This document shows, piece by piece, positions 25,670 through 36,239 of a DNA stretch of 64,000 bases. Position 1 is the stretch's first letter. Each line of letters opens with the position of its first letter. The position numbers and the translations under genes were made by a program. The notes under the pieces were generated by a model. It saw nothing but the letters and a program-made list of their open reading frames with translations, did no database searches and was not told the DNA's origin. Source of the stretch: Chiloscyllium plagiosum (taxonomy: Eukaryota); assembly GCF_004010195.1 (NCBI RefSeq), contig NC_057726.1, positions 69,240,608-69,304,607 on the forward strand, in the 5' to 3' direction.

Positions 25670-27050
25670 CATAAGAGATAAGGACAGGACTGTGCTGTTC
25701 AACCCCTCAAGCTTGCGCTACCATTCGAAAGGAGAAAGGCTAATCTGACATTCCTCACGTCCATTTTTATTCCCTCTCCTCAAAACCCTTGTTTGCTCAA
25801 CTGATGAAGAATCGAGGTATCTCAACCTTAAATAACTCCAAGGATTCTACCTTCACAGGTTTCTGCAGCAAAGGGTTCCAAAGGCTCACAACCCTCTGAT
25901 AGAACAATTCCTCCTCATTTCAGTCCTAAATTGAAACCTTTTCAATCTGTGACAGTGCCCTCTAGTCCTAGACTCTCCATGAATGGAAGCATCCTTTCAG
26001 CATTTACCCTATCAAATCCCTTAAGAATCTTCCATGTTTCAATGAGATCTATTCTCTGACTTCTAAACTCCAGTGAATACAGTCTCAATCTATATAGCTT
26101 TTGCTCTTACTCCCTCCAGATTGTGGATAATGCTGGCGAACCTTCTCTCTGTAGCCTCTTGTGAAATGATATATTACCTTAAATAAAGAGACCAAAATTG
26201 CTCACAGTATACCAAATGTGGTCTCACCAGCACCTTCCACAGTTGCAGTAAGATTTCCATACTCCTATACTCCAAAGCACTTGAAAGAAAGGCCAACATT
26301 CCATTGGCCTTCATAATTGCATGTTAGTTTTCTGTGTTTCATGCACAGGTACCCTCAAATCCCTTTGTGTTGTGGTTTTCTGAAAATTTTCTCCATTTAA
26401 ATAATATTCTGTTTTTTGTTCTCCTTTACAAAATGAACAACTTCATATTTTCCTACATTATACTTTCTTTGCCAGCTTTTTGCCTCCTCACATAACCTAT
26501 CAATATCTGTCAGTTTGTATCCCTCTCGCAACCTGTCTTTCCATTAAATTTTGTATCATTTGCATATTCAGCTACTGTATTTTCACTTTTTATTTCCAAG
26601 CCAATAATAAATATTGTGAACAGTTGCAGTTCCAGCACTGATCCCTGTGGAACCCCACTGGTCACAGGTCCCCAACTTCAAAAATAATTTCTTATATCAA
26701 GTCACTGTTTCCTGCTCTCTGCCATGATACGATATCCAACATCATGAGCGTTTATCTTACGACTTAACTTTTTATGAAGTAACTTGTCGAACGTCTTCTG
26801 GAAGTCCAAATACAATGCATCGGCTGATTTTGCTCTATCTCTATCCACTCCAGTTGAAACTGCCGCAAAAACTCTTAATAAATTAATCAGACATGATTTC
26901 CCTTCCATGAAACCACATTGACTCTGCTTGATGAGATTATGATTTTCAAATTGGTCTGCTGTTACTTGCTTAATTTATTATATTATTTTTCCACCATTAA
27001 ATGCTAGGTAAATCAGCTTATAGTTACCCGCTTTTTGTGTCCCTCACGTT
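25670..27050 (-). mobile_element. Older CR1 LINE RT/3' remnant
   Basis: MEGKSCLINLL...LYLDFQKTFDK on the minus strand. Confidence 0.75.
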
Positions 27051-27244
27051 TGAATAATGCTGAATTGCATTCTGCTCTTAGTTTCCTTCATTTACTTCTG
27101 CCTCTCCTCATTGCCTTGTCACCAGAGGTTTGTTTTATTCTTTTCTGATATGTGGACAACTCTGCTTGAGCAAGAATTTGTTGCCCATCCCTAGATTCTG
27201 TTGAACTGAATCACTGGCGAGGTCTTTTTAGATGATCTTTTTGT

Positions 27245-27426
27245 GGGCGGCATGGTGGCACAGTGGTTAGCACTGCTGCCTCACAGCGCCAAAGACCCGG
27301 GTTCAATTCCATGAGTGTTAGGTAAGGGGTGGGTCTAGGGGTATGGGTGGGTTACGCTTCGGCGGGTCGGTGTGGACTTGTTGGGCCGAAGGGCCTGTTT
27401 CCACACTGTAAGTAATCTAATCTAAT
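27245..27426 (+). mobile_element. HE1-like SINE, internally deleted
   Basis: tRNA-like head gggcggcatggtggcacagtggttagcactgctgcctcacagcgcc...ggttcaattcc joined to the 3' tail. Confidence 0.85.
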
Positions 27427-28730
27427 GATAGTTGATAGCCAACCATTTTGCTTTGGGTCTGGGATGTCATCTGTAGACCGGGACTGGTATACAAGGCTTC
27501 CTGAAAGGACACTGATGAATCACATGGGTGTTCATGACATTGAAGACTTGTTGCATGGTCACAATTAGGCCAATATTTTAATTCTGATTTTTTTTTTAAT
27601 TCAAATTTCACCAACTGATACAAACTGATGTCTTCAGATTATTAGCTGGAATTTTGAATTACTAATCAATGTAGACTTTAGAGTTTTAATACTTACTTAA
27701 AATGGGACATTATTGGATTACTAATTGGTCATAAAAGATTCCTGAAATGAAGGAGCTATTTAATCAGGGGGGCTTGTGCAGGTTGGGCAAATGTCTTTGG
27801 AGATATCAAAAATTAAAGTAGATCAACCTGAAACAGCTAAACAGATTTAACAGGCTAAAGACCAGAAAGATATTTCCGCATGTGCTTAAGTCTAAATCCA
27901 AGGGTTGTTTATTTTTAAAAAAGGCTTTCCTATGTAACTCTGAAATGAAAAATGTTACTTTTCCAGCAGGTGATTGGACTTTAACATTCTCTTCCCTTTC
28001 AGCTAGTTGTAGCTGGGCCATAGAATATATTCAGAATGTAGATATTGCATATACTCGGCAGATATTTGATGGACAAGGGAGTCGAGGGGTGCAAAGTGTG
28101 AGATGGTGTGACACAGGCAAGAGATTTCAGTGAAGCACACAATAATCTGAATATATGGTAGAGGAAGTTCAAGGGTTCAAGTGTCTACCACTTCTCCTTG
28201 TCATGATTTTCTAATGCTTACCCAAGAAATATTCAGTAATTTCAGTTTGCTCACACATGAAGTTTTTGAGATGATGATCATTTGTGTACTTCAAGAAGAG
28301 CTAGGCAAGTGCATGATGTAGAAAGGAATATAAGGATTTGTTGACATGATTATTTGATGAATGATGAGAGCAGTTTCTCATAACACATAAATGTTGTCAG
28401 AAGAGTCAAGATGATTGAACTGTCATGCTGTGCTCTTACTGTGAAAAAAGTTATGTTTTATCATGTTGTAGAACTGACCCAACTAATCACCTTCATCTAC
28501 TCCTAACCAAATAGACAAATGGATTTCACATTTCATTGGTCCCACTTTAAAACTTTGGTGAATACTGTACTGCTTTGTTTCTTTTAAATGAGGCGTAGAA
28601 TTCAAGATCAGCTGTTCTGCCAATTCTCAATGTCATTCTCTCAGTAAATCTTCTGCAGATTCCTTCCATTCCTTCATGTGTTAATGTGCTCATAAATAAC
28701 CAAGAAGTACTGTGCAGGTCGTTTCCATAA

Positions 28731-28937
28731 TTAGACACTGTGTGATGGATCCTGTGTGACTGGCCCTTTGTTGGACATTGTTGTTGTTTGAACGAACTGG
28801 GCTTCACCAGTTGACTTTTTTATCTTGATCTTTGCATATTCCATTCCTCTTTTCTTATTGTTATTTTTCTCATTTTTCTGGGAAGTGGTAGGTTCCACAG
28901 ATTCATATGTCAGTTTACCGTCAGTACATTGTTTAGT
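28731..28937 (-). CDS. Gene B terminal exon with LTYESV (ITIM) and MEYAKI (ITIM-like) motifs
   Basis: Acceptor ttgttgctccctcag|. TKQCTDGKLTYESVEP...GMEYAKIKI...HSV*. The preceding intron is 123 nt, versus 140 nt in gene A. Confidence 0.78.
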   Translation of the reverse strand, partial: TKQCTDGKLTYESVEPTTSQKNEKNNNKKRGMEYAKIKIKKSTGEAQFVQTTTMSNKGPVTQDPSHSV

Positions 28938-29060
28938 CTGAGGGAGCAACAATGAAAGATCAGTTGCATCTTTTGTTCAAATGAAATGTTCCATTTTGTC
29001 ATTGTACATTGTTGAGATTAGACACATGTACCTGAGCACTCATAACTGCGATAATAATAC

Positions 29061-29166
29061 CTGGGCATAGTTGATGGACTCTTCTACATGTCTGAATTTT
29101 ACAGATTTGCTGTGTTTACTGAAACTAAGAGCAGCAAATGAAGAGTTTTTTACATGTATCCCATTC
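29061..29166 (-). CDS. Gene B cytoplasmic exon homologous to the gene A ITIM exon, 1-nt out of frame
   Basis: Acceptor tcatcatatcag|, donor GCCCAG|gtatta, 106 nt. Phase 0 reads EWDTCKKLFICCS* (TAG 29125-29127). The +1 frame reads NSSFAALSFSKHSKSVKFRHVEESINYAQ, matching gene A LLSYAALNFRQYKRSRKNRQKEDQTLYAQ. Confidence 0.8.
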
Positions 29167-29569
29167 CTGATATGATGATAGATGTTTGGGGAAATACTAT
29201 TTGCATATCACATGTCAAAAACACCATGAAGTAATACAAAAACCAACATGGTTAATCCTTACCAGGAGAGAGGTATGATGGTGCTGTGGGTTTCAAGAGG
29301 TCATGTTTTACTTTTTATGGGGCAGTGAGAGGTTGTAAGGCAGCGGTGCCCAGCCAGCTATGAAGACCACTTGAATAAACAGCTTGTATGGACTTGGGGA
29401 ATTTTTGAAGTGGGAACAATGGAAGAAGTCTAGGTGTGGCCAGCTGTCACACACCATGCATTCTAGATTTTTGTCTTTGGGTTTAGCTTGAAGCAGAAAC
29501 TATTAGAGTCTTCGTAAATATCTCTCAACTGCTTCTTTTTCTCAATTTAGCATTAGAATCCCTATAATT

Positions 29570-29803
29570 GCACATTCTCCCCATGTCAGCGTGGGTTTAC
29601 TCCGAGTGCTCCGGTTTCCCCCCACAGTCAAAAAACGTGCAGGTTAGGTGAATTGGCCAAGCTAAATTACCCATAGTGTTAGGGGCAGGGGTAAATGTAG
29701 GGGAGTAGGTCTGGGTGGGTTGTGCTTCAGCAGGTCAGTGTGGACATGTTGGGCTGAAGGGCCTGTTTCCACACTGTAAGTAACCTAATCTAATCTAATC
29801 TAA
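29570..29803 (+). mobile_element. HE1-like SINE (5'-truncated)
   Basis: SINE body and taatctaatct tail. Confidence 0.85.
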
Positions 29804-30113
29804 TAGAAGTGTGGACACAAGTCCTTCAGCTTAACAAGTCCCCACCAACCCTCCAAAGAGTAAGCCACCCAGACCCATTCCCCTACATTTACCCCAGACT
29901 AATATACCTAACCTACACACCATACAAATTTAGCATGGCCAATTCACCTGACCTGCACATCTTTGGATTGTGGGAGGAAATTGGTGCACCCGGAGGAAAC
30001 CCACGCAGACACGGGGAGAATGTGCAAACTCCACACAGACAGTCACCCGAGGCTGAAATCGAACTCTGGTACTGTGAGGAAGCAGTGGAAACCACTGAGC
30101 CACTGTGCTGCCC
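29804..30113 (-). mobile_element. HE1-like SINE, tail-to-tail with the preceding copy
   Basis: Reverse-complement SINE body with head at ~30113. Confidence 0.85.
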
Positions 30114-30628
30114 CAAATACTCTTGATATTTTTCCACCTGGATTGGAGACCTGCATGTGAGAATTTGTGTCTGAAGGAGGTGTGTTTATGGGATGTTACT
30201 ATATTAGAGCAGTCAATTAGTAATAGTAACTATATATTGTTCTGTTAAACTTTCTAAGAGTTAAATTATTCTAAATTCCTCTTTCTTTGATTGTATTTTA
30301 ACTACAGTGTTTAAATAAATAGTGTTTGTTTAATAGTAGTTTGACCGTCATCAGGAACAGACACTTTACATTTGCCTTTGAAATTTGAAAAAGTTAGCGT
30401 CTTGCCTACCTTCTCAAAATATTTTGAGGGGGTAGGATCTGGTCTATAACAGAGGAATAGAGCATTGTAGGTAGGAGATGCAAAGTAGTGGTATACATGT
30501 GAGAATCGCCACATAAGCGGATCAATTGATCCAATATCCGTTCATTGCAATTTGTTTGCGTATAATTTGCTACTCCTTTTTCAGATTAAATCATTGCCAA
30601 ATTAAATAATAGATCTCAAGGCACTTAC

Positions 30629-30659
30629 TGAAAGTTTAGAATCATCCAAGTCACAAGTC
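30629..30659 (-). CDS. Gene B candidate alternative 31-nt micro-exon (phase 1->2)
   Basis: Strong acceptor gtttttcctgtagtttcag| and donor CA|gtaagt. It is open only if spliced directly after the TM exon, giving (G)LVTWMILNF(Q). No paralog support. Confidence 0.3.
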
Positions 30660-30950
30660 CTGAAACTACAGGAAAAACGCAGTTGGCCTCAGTGTCTCCT
30701 GGCACAGATGGTTATCCTGCCTGAGGTTCTGGGTGAGAATGTCAGTTGAAACAGAACTGATCTAGAATAGGGTACTTCAAATAGTTGAATAGTTGTCTAG
30801 CTTGCTCTGAGATAAAGCACTAGAACAAACATCAATGTCTGTGAGAATTGATAGATTACTCGCAAGTGGGTTCTGATGCTGCACTCATGAGGGATTGATT
30901 ACAATAACATGGGATGCAAAAGAACGAAGTAAAAGAAATACTAACTCGGT

Positions 30951-31108
30951 GATAGCACAGCAGGTTAGGCAACATCCGAGGACTCTTGATGAAGAGCTTA
31001 TGCCCAAAACTTCAGTTCTTCTCTCCTCAGATACTGCCTGACCTGCTGTGCTTTTCCAGCACCACATTCTCGACTCTGATCTCCAGCATCTACAGTCCTC
31101 AGTTTCTT
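30951..31108. mobile_element. Short PLE-derived insertion with inverted arms and 10-bp TSD
   Basis: CTAACTCGGT at 30941-30950 and 31109-31118; degenerate hammerhead ttgatgaagagcttatgcccaaaac. Confidence 0.7.
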
Positions 31109-31235
31109 CTAACTCGGTAATCTTCACAGTTTGTTCTGGCATAAGGAGGAGTTGTACTGCTATTGTCATAGTTTTATTATAATTATAATTCCATTTTAAA
31201 GCATATTCCAATTTCTGATTGCACGAGATTCAAAC

Positions 31236-31279
31236 CTGCCCCTCCAACTGGTCTAGTATGTTTTCGGTAATTTCTGCTC
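31236..31279 (-). CDS. Gene B cytoplasmic micro-exon (44 nt, phase 1->0)
   Basis: Acceptor ttcattctccaatag|, donor GGGCAG|gtttga. (G)AEITENILDQLEGQ has the same length and phases as gene C exon 63458-63501. Confidence 0.8.
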
Positions 31280-31543
31280 CTATTGGAGAATGAAACTGGT
31301 ATCAACAATAAGAAGTATCATGAACCTAATGCATGATGACCAGATTCGATATCAATACAAAATAACATCAGGTTCTACTTATGTATCAGATACGATCTTT
31401 CAAAATGCATTTTTCACACTTCCTCGGTCAAGGTTGATCCTCTTCCTTGTTGCAGCATTAATAATATTTAATCTACAGCATTCACATTATCATCGGTCAG
31501 TTACTGTAAAGAGCAAAGCCACGGCTGACCTTAATATTTAGAT

Positions 31544-31674
31544 TCCGGATCAGTGGTGCTGGAAGAGCACAGCAATTCAGGCAGGAAACGGAAGTCTTGG
31601 AGGAGGTGGAGGGCGTGGGTGGTGTCTCGAACGTATGTGGGGAGTTCCTGGACTAGGGGGGATAGGACAAACAC
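31544..31674. mobile_element. 131-bp PLE-derived insertion with 15-bp TSD
   Basis: CCTTAATATTTAGAT at 31529-31543 and 31675-31689; insert begins with the PLE terminal sequence gtggtgctggaagagcacagc. Confidence 0.75.
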
Positions 31675-31888
31675 CCTTAATATTTAGATGCCGACATATT
31701 GTTGAGGGTTCCTTTTCAGGCTTTGTCCGCTTTTGAGTTCTGAGCCCCTGGAAGCCGATTGCTTATGCAGATATCTGCATTGCTGTGATTATCTAGACCT
31801 GAGTCTGCACGTCACACGGTCTCTGCTACAACATGCAACAATGAATAGATTAAACAAAACAAGTAAACTGGGTTGTATCAGGACTTAC

Positions 31889-31996
31889 CTCCAGTTTTGC
31901 CTGATGCCCATTGCTTGACAAGAATTAGAAACAATAGAATTATTAACCCGCCCACTGCACATCTAGACACCATGACGTAGGGAAAATTCCTGTTAC
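31889..31996 (-). CDS. Gene B transmembrane exon carrying an Arg in the N-terminal part of the TM
   Basis: Acceptor ttctatatcttctag|, donor GGAG|gtaagt, 108 nt, phase 1-1. NRNFPYVMVSRCAVGGLIILLFLILVKQWASGKTG. Confidence 0.9.
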
Positions 31997-32102
31997 CTAG
32001 AAGATATAGAAACAGTTATACATTTGTATTTTATAGAGGATATGGTTTTAAATGATTAAACAAAGTCACACAAAAAAGACAGGGCAACAAGTTTGCTGCA
32101 GA

Positions 32103-32434
32103 AAATCCCTACAGTGTGGAAACCAGCCCTTTGGCCCAAATAGTCAACACTGACGCTCCCACCCAAACCTATTCCCCAACCTTATTACTCTACATTTCCC
32201 CCTGAGTAATACACCTAACCTACACACTCCTGGACACTATGGGCAATTTAGCATAGCCAATTCACCTAACTTGCACATTTTTGAATTGTGGGCGGAAACT
32301 GGAATACCCAGAGGAAACCCACACAGACACGGGAAGAATGTGCAAACTCCACACAGAGAAATACCCCAAGCTGGAATTGAATCCAGTTCCCTGGCACTGT
32401 GGAACAATGCTAATCTCTGAGCCACCGTGCCGCC
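32103..32434 (-). mobile_element. HE1-like SINE
   Basis: Reverse-complement SINE with head ...gccaccgtgccgcc at ~32434. Confidence 0.85.
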
Positions 32435-33820
32435 AATTGGTCATGCTCTTTCATGAAGGGTGAAATGCACACTCCATACTATATTCCATTGGGTTGCATA
32501 AAAGGATAAATTTTAGACTGACAAAGTGTGACAGATGAAAATTCACAATAATTTTCAAATGTTACTCAGGTTCATGATCCATATCTCAATATGTTGTGAT
32601 CAAGTTTGATGCGCAATTGTGTGCCATATCTCTAAATATAATTATATAGGAGATGTCTTTTAAATTTAATTGAATAGCTTTGTCCAGTTATAGAAAATTA
32701 ATTATTCAAAATTACCCTAAAGGCTGGAGAAATTAAATCATTTTGAAGACAGTGACGATCAGTCACAACAAGCAGGACTCCATTTCCTTTTAAGGTCAAG
32801 GTAGTCTCTTGTACAAAGGCCATGACCCTAAAGGGATACAAAAATATAAAATAAAATGATAAGGGAAAATCTATTGACCTTAATTATAGGACTGGGATAG
32901 TAACTAAAAGCTACATGTACACAGTCATTGAGGAATGAATGCCTCCTGATGGTTATCCATTTCAAATGTAGAAATCACGTTAACTGCGGATTTTTCAAAT
33001 AACCTGCAGTAAACTATGAACGTTAAGATTTTTCTCATCAAGTGCCCAGGACTGGGTTGCAGTGCTGAGATAGGCATTTACCAATTACACGATAATTAGA
33101 ACCGATTTTTAAAAATTGATTTGACCGTGTTCGTCAACCGGTAATTTAATATTTGTCACAGTCTTATATCAGTGATTGCAGGTGTTTAGTTTTCTGTATG
33201 CAATCACACCATTTCTCTTACACTCAGTTAGCTCACATTGTTAACATCCTAACACGCTCATTAGCTCTGTTTGGATCATATCTAAATCTAACTAAATTCT
33301 TTTTAAAAATGATCCTCAACGATTCAACAGTCAAAAGATGTACAGGTCAGGTGAATTGTTAGGGGCATTAGTCAGAGGGAAATGGGTCCAGGCGAGTTAC
33401 TCTTCAGAGGGTCGGTGTGGACTGGTTGGGCCGAAGAGTCTGGTTCCACACAGTAGGGAATCTAATCTAATTCTCAGGCCTGCACAGAGGCATGTATCAT
33501 GAGGGGTCATGCAGAAAGCTCGACGCAGAAAGTCACTGGAAGCTGTGAAATGCGATGAGCCTGATAGTGATGTTTCGTGGATCCAAAACGTAGCTGTTCA
33601 AACATTAATAACATTGAAATCCATTAGCCATGAAATTTATAGTCTGCATTCTAAGTTATACCACTAAATTTACGTCGCAACATGTTGTCAAATATCATTC
33701 CAAATAAAAACAAAAGAGAAAACAGAGTGGCGCTTTTCACTGTCATGTTTTAAACTGGTTCACATAGGTCACAAGGCGTCACACAAAACTAGGAACATGG
33801 AAACAGTATTAAAAGTTCAC

Positions 33821-34052
33821 ATTTCTCACTCTGAATCGTGCAGCTGACACTGGCTGGGAGCTGGAGGGCTGTGTGGGAAATCCGGCACATATAAACCAAT
33901 CCGCTCTCCAGATGATTGAGAACGCTGAAAACTTTAAATAAACTCCCATCTTTCCATACTTTCGTGGCGTTGATCTCAGATGTAATTAGGATATCATTTT
34001 TATACCAAATGACGTGAATTTCCTGTGGGAAAAAATGAGCTATCATGCAGAG
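33821..34052 (-). CDS. Gene B C1-set exon remnant (A-strand and canonical acceptor not found)
   Basis: LCMIAHFFPQEIHVIWYKND...LFKVFSVL...VYMCRISH aligns with the C1 of genes A and C. Phase-1 donors are possible at 33830 (|gtgaga) or 33821 (|gtgaac). No phase-1 AG exists upstream of the first Cys before an in-frame stop. Confidence 0.75.
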
Positions 34053-36239
34053 GTTCGCCCCAGCCGAACAGAACATGTTCATTTTCATTCTGCTTTCATA
34101 ATCATAAGTTTGTGAGAATTAATTATACCTTGCAATGCCGTTACCTGGACAAAGTTGATGTTTATGGGAATGTAGAAATAGAGAGGAATAAGTGCTCGTG
34201 ACACCTGCATCCAAAGACTGAACAAACACAACCGAATATTTCCATCACAAGGAAAGACTTGTGGAGATTGAAAACATCGACCAGGCGCATTCTGATTAAC
34301 TGAGCCTTAAATTGGGTTCCACTCCGTAAACGGTGGCTTCCATCAATTAATATTTGTATGAAGACAAGAAGATCATTTCGATACTGAACTAATTTGTTTT
34401 GAAAATATTACACCTTCTTAGGAAGTGTTTGTCGACTGCTGAACTGAAAATGAGGTGGGGTCCAGCCTGCTGTGTCTGTTCAAACGATCTAATTTCTCAA
34501 CTCTTTATAATATTTTTCTACAATTATTGTTCTGTCATTGGCGCAAGGAATTTATTACTCCTTCTGCCGTTGCCCTTGAGAAGGTGGTGGTGGAGGTGAC
34601 TTCTTGAACTGCTGTAATCCATTTGTCTAATGCCATTAAGGAGGGAAATGCTGGATTTTGACCCAGTGACACTGAGGGAATCGTGATAGATTGTAATCTG
34701 TATTTTCGAAGATCCTTGGCAACATTCTTGGTGTATATAATGAATTTCTGAGACTTTGTCCCAACGTGAGGCTTTGTTGGAAAAAATGTGTGAAATTAGT
34801 TTTGAACCTTTTCTCATCCTCTAGCATCGCTGAAATGTGATCTCTGGGCGCTTGATGTTTCTTCATTCCCTTTCCAGTTGCGTTTGAGACTGTTAAGACT
34901 GAAACGCACATTATCAGCTGCATTTCAAGGTGTGTTACTCCTATCTCACATCATTTTCTGCGTTACTTATTGGTTTGTATCAAGGTTTCTTCTAAATTAG
35001 TCTGGACCATAGTGACTATTCTATGTATTCCAACATAGAGCCTATTTTTCTAGCAGGTGCACGGCGAAAGAGCGTGAAAGAGCAAGTGAAAGAGCGTGCA
35101 CGGCTTCTAACAACCTCAACTTCGTGTTCTTTAATCGAAACTACATTAGATTGACAAATTGGCAGCTGGAATTTTAAAAAATTCATTCACGGATGTGGGT
35201 GTCGCTGACTATGTTCGAATTTATTCCCCCAGCTACATCGGAATAGCAACCAACATAATCAAAGACCCCTTCCCGATTCCCCCGCCGCCGCCACACACAC
35301 ACAAACATACCTGCTACACTCTCTTCCACTCTCTTCCGTCGGGCTGAAGTTATAAACGTTTGTATACACATATGAACAGATTCTTATCCGGTGTTATCAG
35401 ACATTTGAATGGACCTCTTTAATGTTAATGCTGATCTCTCCCTGTCCCTTCTAGACAGCTGTAACATAGTATCCTGCACTGTGTTCTGTTACCCTGATGC
35501 ACTTGTATGGTACCATCTGCCTGTAGAGCACGTAACACACCTTTCCCTGTACCTCGATAAACGTGAGAGTAATAAATAAACCTCTCCAACTGCCCTGAGA
35601 ACAGTTAAAGGCAACCACTTTGCAGTGACTCGGGAATCACACGTAGGCCAGACTAGGCAAGGGGGACAATTTCCTTCCCCAAAGGAGTTTTGTGTAGCAG
35701 ATGGACTTTTCCAGCAATGGAAAACAGTTACCATGGCGGGATGTCAGCATGTGACTCCATATAATACCACTAGGCCCTTGCCATCGGGCACTAATTGTGA
35801 ATGTGTTCTCATAAGCAATACATCAAACTACATTCCACTTCCAAAAGCCCCCTTTAAAATTGGGCATTTTATTTCGAGGAGTTAAACCTAATCCCTGATG
35901 TATTCGCTTTACCACCCTATCACCCCATACCCCATGCTGACTGAAAACTATTTTGTCAAAGCATTTCTTTGTTCATCTCGGTTTTCACAAAATGCTTTAT
36001 GCATTAAGTTTGCGAAGCATCAGGCTATGATGCCATTCCAGTTCTCTAATTACCTAAATAGCATGCAGTGGGCAAAAAGTTATCCTCTGAAGGAACAGTA
36101 TTTCTTTTGTGGGTCGTTCCTATGGATGACCTTGTCTCATGAAATTGTCTTCAATTCATCCCTGTTTCAATTCATGTCTTGCAGAATAGCATTGGATTAC
36201 AGTAAAGACTTAATTTCACTGAGGCGATCCCATGATTCT

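Larger units (their letters stand above)
29274..30451. mobile_element. Putative solo LTR with two nested SINEs
   Basis: Flanked by a 4-bp GAGG direct repeat (29270-29273, 30452-30455); ends ...TAACA; starts TA rather than TG; AATAAA near 30315. Confidence 0.45.

Noticed and set aside
27245-27312. tRNA gene
   Set aside because: It is the tRNA-derived head of a HE1-like SINE joined to a SINE tail.
31290-31541. Plus-strand ORF with a hydrophobic stretch (LILFLVAALIIF) as a TM exon
   Set aside because: Wrong strand for gene B and no similarity to the paralog TMs. The TM exon at 31889-31996 (-) fits on both counts.
34144-34190. Pyrimidine tract plus PININFVQ as the missing 5' part of the gene B C1 exon
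   Set aside because: No AG after the tract, weak similarity to VPPTPLKLVK, wrong spacing, and an in-frame stop before the LC motif.
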